Part shown: positions 1 to 12,525 of the stretch, piece by piece | Numbering within the stretch: position 1 is the stretch's first letter | Layout: each line of letters begins with the position of its first letter | Assembly (NCBI GenBank): GCA_045837725.1 | Contig: JBEWZL010000003.1 | Location: 62,001 to 126,000 of the forward strand | Source: Vermamoeba vermiformis | Taxonomy: Eukaryota | Length of the DNA stretch: 64,000 bases | Direction: 5' to 3' | The notes under the pieces: model-generated | The model's database searches: none | Told to the model about the DNA's origin: nothing | Seen by the model: only the letters and a program-made list of their open reading frames with translations | Program-made: the position numbers and the translations under genes

Positions 1-1067
1 TTCGCCGATTTTAGATCTCGGTGCATTAACTGATTATCGTGTAAAAAGTCTAAAGCGAAGAGGATCTGTTGACAGATGTACGCAATTTGATCTTCTTCAA
101 ACTTATGGACGGCGACGGCCTATAATGGCAAATCGATTAATACAATTGAATACACCGCAACGACTGTTTATCGCATACTTGTGTTAGCGTGCCTCCCTGC
201 ATATATTCTGTCATGAGCCATATTTCATCGCCAACCAAGTACGACCTTAGATACTTGATGATATTGGGATGCTTTGCATATTGTAAGAACCGCATTTCCT
301 AGCGACGAGAAATCAAGCGATTAGTTTCAAGAACACTTTGACACGTATCAAGCGCCATTATCGAACGTACTTGGAAGTTTTTGCGTTGTTGCTTGCTCGT
401 TACGTGAGGTATTCTTTTGACGGCTATCTTTCCTTTATCCTTGACAGACTTGACCATGAATACTCGGCCAAACCCTCTATCGATGGAAGATTGTTAGGCG
501 GAAATAAACGCGAAATTTCAGAAAAGTAATCCTTGGCGGATTTGAACTCCGACGAGGCGCAATCTTGTTGAAAAGTTTGAATACTAAATGAAACTTACCC
601 TTTACCGATCTGTATAACGAATTTGTAGTTCCTCTTTTTAAAATCCTTTGCTAGTAGTTCCTCTGAAATGCAAGATTTAGTTTCAGATTCACGATCAGAC
701 GGCAAATTTTGCGGAATCATACCTGCTTCTGCTTCCAATGAATTTACTGAAACTATGCTGTCCGATACTTTTGAAGGTCCATTATTGTATCGCCGCTGCT
801 GGGGCTTATGTCGATTTTTGTATTGCTCAGTTGTGTAAAAATTGTGCTTCGTTTTAAAGTGTAGAATGTTGATTACGTATGAGAAGAATTTATCTGCATC
901 CGTCTCTGATATTTCTGATTTAATTACTTTCCTCCTTAGATCTTCGGGCAACTCCTATTAAAAAAAACAGATTTTGACATATTAGCAATTTTAAAAAATA
1001 TCGCAGCATTCTTTAGACTTACATCGAATGAATCTACTATATACGTCTTGCGCTGATAATCCACCAT
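1..1067 (-). CDS. STE20/PAK-like Ser/Thr protein kinase, multi-exon, 3' end runs off the window
   Basis: Spliced translation: IGKG|GFGRVF (Gly loop), [41 protein letters not shown]. Probable ATG at 1067. Confidence 0.88.
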
Positions 1068-1506
1068 TATTAGTTATATTTACAGGATGAATTCTTTTGT
1101 TTTGAGATGCGCGTCGAGCGTAGTGACTATTTACAAATATGAAAAGCGCACGTTGTTATTTATGATTGGCCCTACTGAGCACGGTCTATAAAATCTTTTT
1201 GATTTTTGCGCTTGACGTGTTCGATCTTCTGTTGTTTTGTTTCCGTCTTCAAAAAAACTAAAAAAAATTGCAACGAAACAAAAAAAGCCTTGGGAACCGG
1301 AAGAATTAATCCTTAATCGTAAACCACTCCGCCAGGGCCATGACACCGAGAAAGCAGTCGGATTTTAGCTCCGCCGCGAAAATTTGTTTGGGGCCTTGCT
1401 GAAACATGACCTTATTTGGGAGATTTTCTTGAGATTGTCGGGATCCGCTATCGACCTGGTTGACCGGCGATGGGCTCTTGACATCTTGAGAGCGGAAGGA
1501 CAAACG

Positions 1507-2130
1507 TTATATGTATGGTTCCGCTTTAATCTTTGCCCTTGGCGCTGGGTTCACGAAGGGACCATCCAAGGTTCGAACAATTTGAAAGGCGTACAAAATT
1601 CCTCTTTTAGAGCAACGGAATATGAATTTCAGGTATAAAATGGACCGAACCGACAAAGGTAAGCGATAGTCACTAGCTACGAGATCGCGCATCTAAAATT
1701 GAAATTGAATCTGATCGCTTACCGCTACGACGCCTCCAGCTTCTTCTGATCGTTTGGCCATTACTACTTCTCCAGCGTCTACGTTCACAACGGGCTTTTC
1801 TTTTGCGGGCACTACCTTGGTAATCTCAACACTAAATAGAGGTGCGGATTAACCACTGATATTAAGTAATGTATAAAACTAAATAAGGATTATCGAAAAT
1901 GGAGTATACATAATAGTTCCTCCTTACGGAGGCATATTAAATACGAGACCAATCCGTAGATACTATTTTTTGGGGCTGCAAGATCAAGCAAAAAATTGAA
2001 TTTACCTGTCGCTATTATTAAGCTTTCTTTTCTTCGCTGGAGGCTCAGCTTCTAAGTCTTCAGTGCTTGGTTCTCTAGCGTGCTTCTTGGCCCTTCTTTC
2101 AGGTGCTTTTGGGCCTTCCAGTTTTTCCTG
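1507..2130 (-). CDS. Hypothetical protein with NLS-like PPAKKRKL, 5' end not resolved
   Basis: Three phase-compatible exons (about 2127-2007, 1831-1723, 1692-1507) with GT-AG boundaries; no family recognised. Confidence 0.4.
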
Positions 2131-3391
2131 CAAGAAATTGAAAAATATTAATTATTATTCGAAAAATACTCTGAAATAATGAAATAAATATATGTGATAT
2201 CGCCTATCGATATTATTAATCAATAGGTGACGAAAATAATATTTAATAATGTGAGGTTATAGTGACATCCAAAATCCGGATTTAATCGCCGCTGTAAATG
2301 CTTTAATAATCATGTTATGCTTCTGGTACCTCAATTCTCTTTTTTCTAGTGTTAATTGACATAACACTGCTCTTATAATTGAAAATTGAGTGCGTTTGGG
2401 CCTCACTTTTTTGAGCTTTTGATAAACAAAAATTGTCTGCCTGTAGCAAGAAATAATACCAAACGTGCTTTGAATTTTCAATGTGTCTCGTGTTAAGAAA
2501 CATGACCATTAATATTGTGTTTCAGAGGTTGTTTTTTATCCTCGATTTATTAGCTGTCTTCGACACATCGGCTCCCAGATGTCTTACTCGCTTAATGGTC
2601 TTCATCGTGTAAATCTAACGTAGGTACCAGTATAGCATAACATGATTTTTTTGATGCATTTAGGGCGATTGAAATTACACGGCGCGTTAATTGAATTGAG
2701 CGTTACTTACGATCTGATATTACCAACAAAAACTACCGAAATGGTATGACCTCCGGCTATTGTTAACAATCTGGCTGTATTGAGAAATGGCACAGTTGCG
2801 AAACTGCATTTTTTCTCCGCCACAGTTGGTCAAGCCTTTTTTAGAAAATTCACTTCTGCGATCCAATAAAAATGATGTCAATCGCCATTCGATCAAGATA
2901 ATTTTCGCGGGAGGAATTTAAGCCCCTAGCACAATGCTAATCACATATCCGCTGGTTCCAACCCTAAACATTCGCCGGAAACGGTTTCCGACTGGCGATT
3001 ATTCACACAAATTGTTCTTTATGACATTTATTGAGTGGCATCGAGTTCACAGTATTATACGAAGCTATATGCTAGGTGGAAAATCACCGCGACTCCGTTT
3101 CTAATCTCCAGATTGCGATTAAGATTTCGGGCTGACGACAAAAAAACAAAACAATCGCAAAGATTTCCGCCCTATTTAGATACAACTATGAACCGCTCTT
3201 TTCAAATGTTATACGCGCTTTACGAGCTAATTAGGCTAAATTCATGCTGGGCCAGGACTATAAATAGTTCGAAATCGGTTCACAAATCGTGATTGCAACT
3301 TTAGAGCTATACAACAGAGCCATTGGTAATTTAACAAATTGATTTATAAAACAGTGATCGCGGTGTCATGATGGGACACAACCGCACTATA

Positions 3392-5737
3392 TTATCTTCT
3401 TCGTCTTTCTCTGGATCTAGAACGCGATCTCGATCTGGATCTCGAGCGACGAGAGTGTCGTCTTTCTCTCGAGCGGGACCTAGATTTCGAACGTGATCTT
3501 CTTCTGTCTCTATCACGGTCGCGAGTGCTTTCACGAGGTCGGATATCTGAGCCCAATTCACCCTTCGATTCGAATTGCACGGCTGATCGTCTGGGATCGC
3601 GTCCACGATAATCATCTTCTTTCTGTGAACCACCGCCACTTGCGTGCATGACACCAAGTTGTTGTCGTTGAGGTACTTTCTTTTGTCCAGTCTTCGCTTC
3701 GTGCAAGAAATCATCCAATCCAAACACATCCTCTTCTTGCACTTTTTCGAACTCAACAGGTCCGGTGCGTTGTGATTTTTCACCGGGTGCTTTTTCTGCG
3801 CCTTCGAAGCCTCGGTCAGGTTGGAATTTGCTTGTGCGCAACGACTCCTGCAACTCTTTCTCGCCGTACTGTTCTTCGTCGTTCTTCGCTGGAGCCTTGT
3901 ACAGCGCTGCTTCACGGTCACCGCCGCGCATGGGCTTGTCGTACACGGTGTAGGCCTCGTCATCGCCAAAGCCGCTGTCCATGCCTGCTGACTGATTGAA
4001 CAAGCGCGAGTCGAATAACGTCTCTTGAGGGCGAGAGACAGCTTGACCAAGTGCCATCTTTTCACTGACATCACGTTCAGCGTCGCGTTGTGTCTTCGCT
4101 TTCTTGCTGCCTCTGTTCTCCATGCGCATCTCGCGTTCGCGTTCACGACGACGTTCTTCCATGATCTTCTCACGTTCTCGTCGGCCTTCGCGGTCGTCAT
4201 CCTCCTCAGCGGCCTCTTGCTCAATCTCCATACGCTCCAATCGAGCTTGTTGGGCGGCAAGTCGCAAGGCTTCCTTTTGGTTCTCGCGATCCATAATTCC
4301 TTTTTGTTTTTCTAACGCGGCTCTCTTTGCGACTTCATCTCGTGCATTTCGTTCGGCAATGTACATGGCTTGCGAGAACTTGGCAAAGTTGTCGTTCAAA
4401 ACGGGCTCAATGAGGCCTCTGCCGTCAGTAGCAAGACGCTTATCCAACGGAATTGTGAAACCTTTTTGATTCTTCCAGTTGGAGATTGCAGGCGGGATCT
4501 TCCATGCGTCGCGTTCTTCTTTGGTCAATTTCTTTGACGGCGAGTGCATAATGGGGACTGGGGCATCTGGAGGACCACGAGGAACTTTTTTGTTCTTGAA
4601 TTTTGGTGGTTCTAAAGGATCTTTCGGCATCTACGCGCAGAAAAATAAATCATTAGAAACTTTGCATGATTATAGCAAACTGCACTAAGATATGAAAGAT
4701 CCATATATAATTTACGTCTTGTTTAAAATTTAAGTTGTCCTAAAGATTTGACAGCGCAAGGAGTGTTCCGAGCGAAAGCTTTAAAAAGTTATCGGATAAA
4801 TAATTACTGAAATTGAAATTGAAATGATATTATAGACACTACAACTTACCTCAACCATACGGATAATACGAGTATCTGCTCCGGAGTTGTGAGCTGGATT
4901 GTGATTGGCGGGCGTGTAGCGGATGTACTTAGTCGTTCCTTCTCGCTCTACGTTGTCGGCATTGGCAGGTTGAGTAGCTCTGATCTTAGTATTTAACTTC
5001 TTTTCTAACGCAGCGCGAGTCTTGTCGGTGGCTTCTTTTTCCATTTCCGCATCAGGCTTCGACAGCGCATCTTCGTCAAATTGCTTCTCCATCATATCGC
5101 TATGCTTAGAGTATATAATTTGGTCAGAGCGACCTCGCTTGATGATGGCATCCCATTCAACTTTGCCTTCTTTGGATAAATTGACAGATACGATCTCGCT
5201 GCCAACTGAAGAGCCATCTGCGTTCTTTTTGCCCATATTAAGTGGGTACTGTGCAATATGAATCTCAGGGAAGGCACCGCCATCACCAAAGTCTTCAGGT
5301 GTACGAGGGACCCAGCCTTGGCGTTGACCGTATGCTGGGATTCGCTTGTTTTGTTCCTCGATCTTCTTTGCATTGGGATATAATGGTGCTTCATTCACAG
5401 GAGAGATGTCCATAGGTTGCTGCTTAGGAGCGGGAAGCAGACTATAATATAACAAGCAATTAGCCATCGAGTTTGTCAGATCCAAAGAAAAATTTACAAA
5501 TAGAAGAACTGCACCAAAAATTCGTATTTAATTCGGACTAAATATTATTACTAGCGTAAGAACGGAATATGCTAAGAGTTGTGGCGAATAATCAATAACA
5601 CCATAATAATTGAAAAAATGATTATCGGTTTTTACAAATCTACCACAAATATCGAGTCAAGTAAAAATTCTTCATAATAAATGCGCATTATATTATTCAA
5701 AAAATATATACCTTCTTAATGCAGCTACTTCAGTCAT
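3392..5737 (-). CDS. SNW1: SNW/SKIP (Prp45) spliceosomal protein with RS-rich tail
   Basis: DFGDGGAFPEIH, DPLEPPKF, IPPAISNWKNQKGFTIPLDKRL motifs; 3 exons (5737-5712, 5441-4850, 4630-3392). Confidence 0.97.
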
Positions 5738-6098
5738 TGTGTATAAAATCTAGATGACAAACGATTGCTTCGTGTAAATATGCTTAGTCGATCAATATGA
5801 GCACTATGATCGGCAATAAAATATACAAAAATAATAAGGATTCGTGTTCTAATGGTCCAAGTGAACAGAATAAAGAATTTTAGCAGCCAACAACTTTTTC
5901 TGAGCTTTCGCGTTGAGAAGTTATCCGAGACTAGTTGGACGGGTCACCGTCTTTTATCAACGAACATATTTCATTATATATGCAGCTCGAACAGCGTCCG
6001 GAGTTTTTAGGGAATTAGTTATCAAATAAATCGTGAGCTTCGAATTTTGCTTTTTATCCGTTCTTGTGAATGATACAACAGGCTCATTAATTGTAAAT

Positions 6099-8050
6099 AT
6101 GCTAGTATCGCGACTTCTCGAAGCTGAATTGGCCAAACGAGTATGGCGAGTTCCTCGTGGCTTGCTGAATGATCTGCCATCCGGGATCGTTCCTTTTTCT
6201 AACAACCAAAAGACCGTCGTTGGCAATTTATTAGTAGATAGATCATTGGCGTCGCCTATACAGGTAACGCTGCTATTGATTTAAAGTTAAAACGAAGTTA
6301 ACACGTTGATCTCGAAGGTTATCAATTACGAACAAATGGACATCGATAAAAATTATATTCAAAATTGCATTAATGACGCATTCAAGCATAGAATTGAATT
6401 AAATAGAAAAAATATGGTAAGTGAAGTCACTAAATATTATTTTAATTAATTTCACTTTATTAGCTGGATCTATCTGCAAACTCGGCTTTTAGATTATTTA
6501 ACGAGATTGGTGATGGTATACCCGGCATAGCGATTGATATTTACGGTATGACAAGCGAGGTTAAATATTTCAAGGGTGATCCGATCTGACATTCTGTTCG
6601 TACAGGCAAATACGCCATGCTTCATGTTTATTCTAAATACTGGAAGAGACATCTTAATTTTATCGCACATTATTTGACGAAGAATGATTATAGATCCGTT
6701 GAAGGAGTAAGATCCGTTTTATCGTTTCTTGTGATTTGATTATAATAATTACGATTATTTTTAGGTGTATTTAGTCGATCATATTAGACAAGAGCTTAGC
6801 GCTGACGATGGATTGTCACCGAAAGCAGATCCAACGAAACCACCTGAAGATCCAAACGTATTTGAAAGCAAGCCACAACCATCGCTTAAAGAGCGCGTAG
6901 ACTCTTATATAGATAAGAAAAACCAAGCTAGAAAAACTTTCAAGAATTACGAGAAAAATGAAATGGGCGAGCGAGGCGTGTGCATCGCTGGAAACAAGGC
7001 ACCCAACCACCACACGATCGTCATCGAGAACGGAATTTCGTATCACGTGACGTTGTCACAGGGGTCTTCATGCGGATCTATATTTAGATCAGCGTGATAA
7101 TCGACGTAAGCTGTTGGAATTATTGATGCAAAGTCCCGCTGACAAACGATCGCTGTTGAACACTTTCTGCTTCACGTGCTCGTTCAGCTTGTTGCCCGCG
7201 TCACAAGGAATCTCGACTGCAAATATTGATTTATCGAAGAGCAGTATTGATTGGGGTAAAGACGTAAGTCAATTACAGCGATTGGTGTTCAGATCCGCAT
7301 CTACTAACTCAACTTTATTTTCGATTGTAGAACTTTATGGAAAATGGATTCGATCTTAACAGACACGAGTTTTATGCCAAAGACGTGTTCTTAGGCTTGC
7401 CTAAAATGGGTCTCATTAGACGACAGTTTCAAGCGGTGCTGCTAGATCCACCAACATTAGCTCGCGTTAGAAGACGAGACGGTAAGCATTATAAGCAAAT
7501 AATTATTCTCAATACCGATATGAATGCTATTTTATCATTGGCATTGGTTACCAACAGTATTCATAAGAGGGATTGGATCTAACGTTAATTTTGGTTAGGT
7601 TCCAAGTTTACCTTTAGCGCCAAAGACAATTATGATGATTTAATTAAAGTTTCAGCACCGCTAGTTCAACCAGGAGGATATTTAGTAGCATTTATTAACA
7701 ACCCTATCGTGGTGGATCAAATGAAGTGGAGGAAAGAAGTCATGAAGGCGCTCGATTCATTAGTGCCATTAAAACAGAAAGAAATGGAGGAGGATAAATT
7801 TTTGGAGACTAGGAAGAAGCTGCGTAAGCGAAATATGAGAAAGAAGGAACGACAACGGATGTTGCAGAAAATGGATTTTACGGTGCCCTTGAGCGAGGCT
7901 CAAAAGAAATGGGAGTTCGATGTAGTCGACGAGTGGGTCTCTGGACCTGATTTTAGAATTAAGCAAGGCGATGAAGGAGCTAAGCGAATTTATGGCATCG
8001 TTATGAAACGAACTTGGAGTGGTGACCCACCAAAAGAAAACAAAAAATAA
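6099..8050 (+). CDS. RlmI/RlmK-like class I SAM-dependent RNA methyltransferase (apparent 1-nt frameshift near 7077)
   Basis: FRLFNEIGDGIPGIAIDIYG, ENGISYHV...G-LYLDQRDNRR, LLNTFCFTCSFS, IDLSKSSIDW, LLDPPTL motifs; start codon uncertain. Confidence 0.8.
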
Positions 8051-8396
8051 ATAATCCACGTAAGCTAAAAACCATGAAGCCGTGTTACTTGCCTTGATAT
8101 TTAATCCATTATCTAGACTTTAATCAGGGGATGGATACATCCGATCCTGCTTGTTTTCCGAAGGACCTTGTTTAGTCCCAGGAGTCTCTTTCCGTCGTAT
8201 CCACGGTGCTGGTAAGTCCTATAAAGTGCTGGTAATTCTATTGCCTTGTGAGTAACGCATCCGTCTCCTCGGACCAAGATCCGCGATACTGTTGAATTTT
8301 TCTCCTGGCATTACATTTTCCTCGAGTACTAAGGTTTTATGAGCATATCCAGACAGTTTTGTGCTTCTACATGCTCATTGAAAATAGTTTTAATTG

Positions 8397-8448
8397 TTGT
8401 TCTGACGGGATTCGAACCCGCGCCTTGGTCTTGGCGCACAACGGAACA
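8397..8448 (-). pseudogene. Truncated tRNA-like element (T-arm/B-box and acceptor stem intact, anticodon arm missing)
   Basis: Minus strand TGTTCCG-TTGTGCGCCAAGACCAAGGC-GCGGGTTCGAATCCCGT-CAGAACA-A: canonical T loop, 6 of 7 acceptor pairs, only 52 nt, T4 run shortly downstream. Confidence 0.5.
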
Positions 8449-8769
8449 GGGCGAAAATAAGGAGAAAGAGGCCGCTTCAAGGCCAGAGTGGATCTGCTAG
8501 TACGCAAAGCAGTTTAATTATGATAATACATCGATTTACGATTGTTTACGGCTGAATCTAGCTGCTGCTCACTACTCTTCTCAACTTTTTCGCAAGAAAC
8601 CCTGGTCAGAGAAAATCGCACGAAAAAACGGCCATAAAAACGAAAGTTTGGCTTGTTTTTTTTCAGTTTATTTTGCGCATTTCAACAATACGCAACACCA
8701 GCTTACTGCAGTAATTCTTACTGTTCTACCCCACTCTTTCATATTTAAACTTTTCAAACTACATCTACA

Positions 8770-9446
8770 ATGGCAGCTTTAGAAGTCGACGGTATCTACG
8801 TTGAAGCAGCTAACGACATCCGAAAGGGCGGCTACATGGTCATGAACAATGGCAAATCTCCCTGCAAGGTGATTGAGATCTCAAAATCCAAGCCTGGTAA
8901 GTTTTACCCCTTTTTGGCTTAGTTCTTGCAATTAGCTGAAGCTCGTGGTCAAACTAGTAACTAACCTTGCAATGTTTCATAGGCAAGCACGGCTCCGCCA
9001 AGATCCGCTTCATGGGCCTCGACATTTTCACTGATAGAAAGTACGACGCTCTTGCCGGATCCCACGACAAGGTTGACGTCCCTGAAGTCTTCAAGAAGGA
9101 CCTTATGGTAAGCATAGCCAAGCTAAGTTAAAGCGAGCTCGTTCTAACACCATCCGCATAGGTTGTTGACTACGCTGAGGGTCAAGAAGACATGACCGTG
9201 AAGGACATCAACGGTTCGTCCTACAAGATACCTGTGCCAACGGGTGACTGCGCAGAGACCATCGCATCACTATGGTACGACCGAGGTAAGTTTGTGATTC
9301 GAATTTCAGAAATAAAATTGATAAAATTGTCTAATAAATTTGATAAAACAGAGAGCGACGACACTTCGGTCTTCGTCACAGTGCAAGCTGCAATGGGCAA
9401 GATCGTCGTCCTCGGAGCCAAGGAGCGTGAAATTAAGCAGGCCTAA
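8770..9446 (+). CDS. EIF5A: Translation factor eIF5A (divergent)
   Basis: 4 exons; DIRKGGYMV...PCKVIEISKSKP|GKHGSAK (hypusine loop), GLDIFT, VTVQAAMG. Confidence 0.92.
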
Positions 9447-9666
9447 GTGGCAGGCCTGCTTAAGAAGAGATGTTTTATGATGAAAGTGGATCTACATCCG
9501 CTTCTGACATCGTCTCTTCACTAGTGAATACTAAGACCTAAAGAATTAAAGAAGGCTTATCTTCGCAAATAAGTATTCACGAAAATTGTTTCACGCACAA
9601 AAAAATAAATTACCATTGGTAGTTTAGAAAAAAAACTTGTATTTTGACTAGATCCTCTCGCTTTTT

Positions 9667-12365
9667 TTATTTAGGCACTTGAATCAATTGAATCTTAACA
9701 CGTTTTGTCTTGCTCGAGAAGTCTTCGTTCAACTTGAACACGTTAGTTGGCGCTATGGGACTTGTGCTGGGTTCGCGCAACAAAAGTTTGACAGGTCCGT
9801 CTGTCAAAGTGTAAAGTGTTTGCATTAACAATCGGCCAGGCAAGTTAGTTTGCAATTGAAGTTCTTGGCCCGTGAGTTGATCTTTGTCTTCGAAGCAGCA
9901 CAACACGATCATCACTGAGGTCGGCACGATCAAATTATACTTTTTGTTCTTCGACTCGTACGTCATTTCACATTCGCCCTACGCTACGTTAGTTTATCGC
10001 TCAAATTAATGTTTTGTTGCAAGTTTTCGTACCAAGTGAGGCAAAACCATCAACTTTTTGTTGGCAGTTTCATCGCCCTGGAACTGTTCTTTGAACTGAC
10101 TCAGCGTTGAAGCGACTTCAGGCGGCAAAACAAACTCGGGCAGCATTGAAGTAACGGCGCTATCAACGTCCATTTTATCACCGTGCTCGTGCTTGTGGTG
10201 GTGTTCGTGACCACTTTGCTGCTCTTGTGCGTGGCTGTGAGTGTGGCCTTGTTGGGCTTGGTCGTGTGAATGAGAGTGACCTTGCATAGCCATCAACGAG
10301 GACATTAAATATTCCGCTGGGAGTTTGTTCGATGAAGCAATCTTGAGGTTCAAAGTCGTCTTGCTGTCTTCATCTTTCTTAATGTCTTTAACAACGTTCA
10401 GGTCCTTAATCATTTCTTCCATTTGTTGCGCGAGTGCGTTGAACCTTGCCACGCGCAGCTTGAAAATTAAATTCATCTCGAAGTCGAGATTAGGAGTCGT
10501 GCTCAGCAGTCTATTGGCCAATAGCTGCGTCATGTACTTGACAAAAGTTTGGTTCTAATTATAACGATATTATTAGTACTATAGACCTCCTATAATATAG
10601 CACATATGATTATATTATAGTGTACTTACATTCTCTTGGGAGGTGGCACAAAGTGACTTGAGAACACGAACAAGTTTGTCGAGTTTTTCATTCGCTTCTT
10701 GTTCAGCCTCGCTGTTTTGATAGTTCTGGGACTGACTCATGATCTTGTGGACATGTCGCGTCAAGTACATTGTGAACAGCTTGGCACCTTGAACACGTGA
10801 CAAGTAAATTTGACCCTACCCGAGCATCAGTGTCAGTAGAAATTTCGACGAAAAGTCATCACACGCATCGGTGAAAAAACTTTACCTGATTAAGCGCGTT
10901 ATCGAGTCCTTCTTTAGTACCAAATATGGTAACTGTTGTTCTTTGCATGTGCGACAAAAAGTCGAATAAAGTTTGCAGCACATCAGCGCCAATTTTGTCC
11001 TGAACGAGAGTGTCAAGCTAAAGTGACACGTGTCATTCTGAAGCTCTTACCAACTCTTTACCAGTTACATTTTCCAACGGCGCAACAATTTTTTCGAGCT
11101 TTGATTTGACGTACGCGTAAAAAGTCGAGCGGAATAACTTCAACACGCGAGGATGATGTTTCAACGCAGAATAGAAAATTCCGAGTTCTGTGAATATACT
11201 AATCAGTATCATTACTATATTATATTTAGCGACTTATATATACTAACCGTTCCATTTCTCTTGCAGCATTTGTTGTGCAATGTGATTGACAATTTCATCT
11301 TCAAAATCTTCGACGGTCAGATCCACGAGACTAGGGACAAGTGCTCTATAAACAACGCATTAGCACCGCTTCTAATATTTCCTTTTTAGGAAATTTCATT
11401 CGGTCGAACTAAACCTTGCCGAGGTAGATCTGTACGTACCCATATTTCAGTCCAACAATTTCAGGGGTCAATACACGAGTGCGCAAAAGGTGCTTCTGTT
11501 CAGGTGTCAAATCGTCGCTGGGAATCATCGAACTGAAACCAATCGCGTCCATTTCAAAACTGTTCAATTGGACCATAAAATCCATGCTCGGATCTATCGA
11601 CTTGCGCATTGCTTTGACGTGTTGATATGCTTCTTTTAATGTGCAACTATTGTTGTAATGTTAGTAGCCGACACTTATATAATAAAAAACGATAGTATAT
11701 ATTAATACGTATATTAGTCACTGAAATTTAACGTCATAAAGTAGCGCATCCACTACGAAATTTTGGATTTCAGTTTAAATCATGAATTCAACACTTAAAA
11801 AGCGATCAATATAGTGATAATATAATATATTGAGATAATAATAATTTTCTAGATTGTAAAGACCTACCCACTACGATACATAATATAAGCAATAATTATT
11901 GCTGCGGCGCGTGAATTGCCTGATTTATCGTGCACTAATACGCCTTGATTTCTATTAAGTGCTTCATCTGTTACATTGAAATTACAATTAATACATAATG
12001 AAGCATGACGTGGATCTGACATCAAAATATCGAAAAAAATTCTAAAATAAATTCTATGGACGATTTAGACGAAAATGTTCATAAAATAAGCGATAGATAA
12101 TATTTTAAAATTTACCCATGAACATAAAAGACGGTTCTAAGTACTGAAGCAGATCTTGTTCCAGATTTCCATCGTAGAGTTCAACAGTGAGATATTTGTA
12201 GTTTTCATGCTCCTCTTGAAAGTGATTTTTGCATTGAGGATAGCCTGCATTGAGAATATAACGAACATTAAGTTCTACGAGCAGATCTCGTGAGCACGAA
12301 TTCCATTCAGTTCCAATCCACAAATTTTTAATAATTTGGGTAGGAGGGCGTTTAAGAGCTTCCAT
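9667..12365 (-). CDS. Dual-specificity pseudophosphatase fused to a cullin C-terminal half
   Basis: Phase-compatible exons: PTQIIKNLWIG...VLVHDKSGNSRAAAIIIAYIM...AYQHVKAMRKSIDPSMDFMVQL (DSP fold), then cullin motifs FVKYMTQLLANRLL, QMEEMIKDL, LPPEV...HL|GECEM, VLCCFEDKDQLTGQEL, FKLNEDFSSKTKRVKI. Confidence 0.82.
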
Positions 12366-12525
12366 TTATATATTAAAATATTGTTGTGCTCGATTTGCAA
12401 AGGACAAGAAAAAGCCCACACCAGAAAATCAGGAATTTAATCGCTAAATAACGATGCGCTAACAGAACTAAATATTTATATCGTGTATTATATTGTTACA
12501 TGTACAATAGGTAGCTTGGATTCAA

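Noticed and set aside
1306-1506. ORF continuing in frame after the TAA at 1507-1509 (possible readthrough or alternative code)
   Set aside because: TAA is a normal stop in many conserved genes here, and the extension has no recognisable motif.
2140-3330. Short ORFs in the long spacer (similar ones at 48100-49400)
   Set aside because: No consistent exon chain or motif could be supported.
3331-5394. Long overlapping alternate-frame and antisense ORFs (309, 121, 100 aa) over SNW1
   Set aside because: Shadows of a GC-richer, low-complexity coding exon; no motifs.
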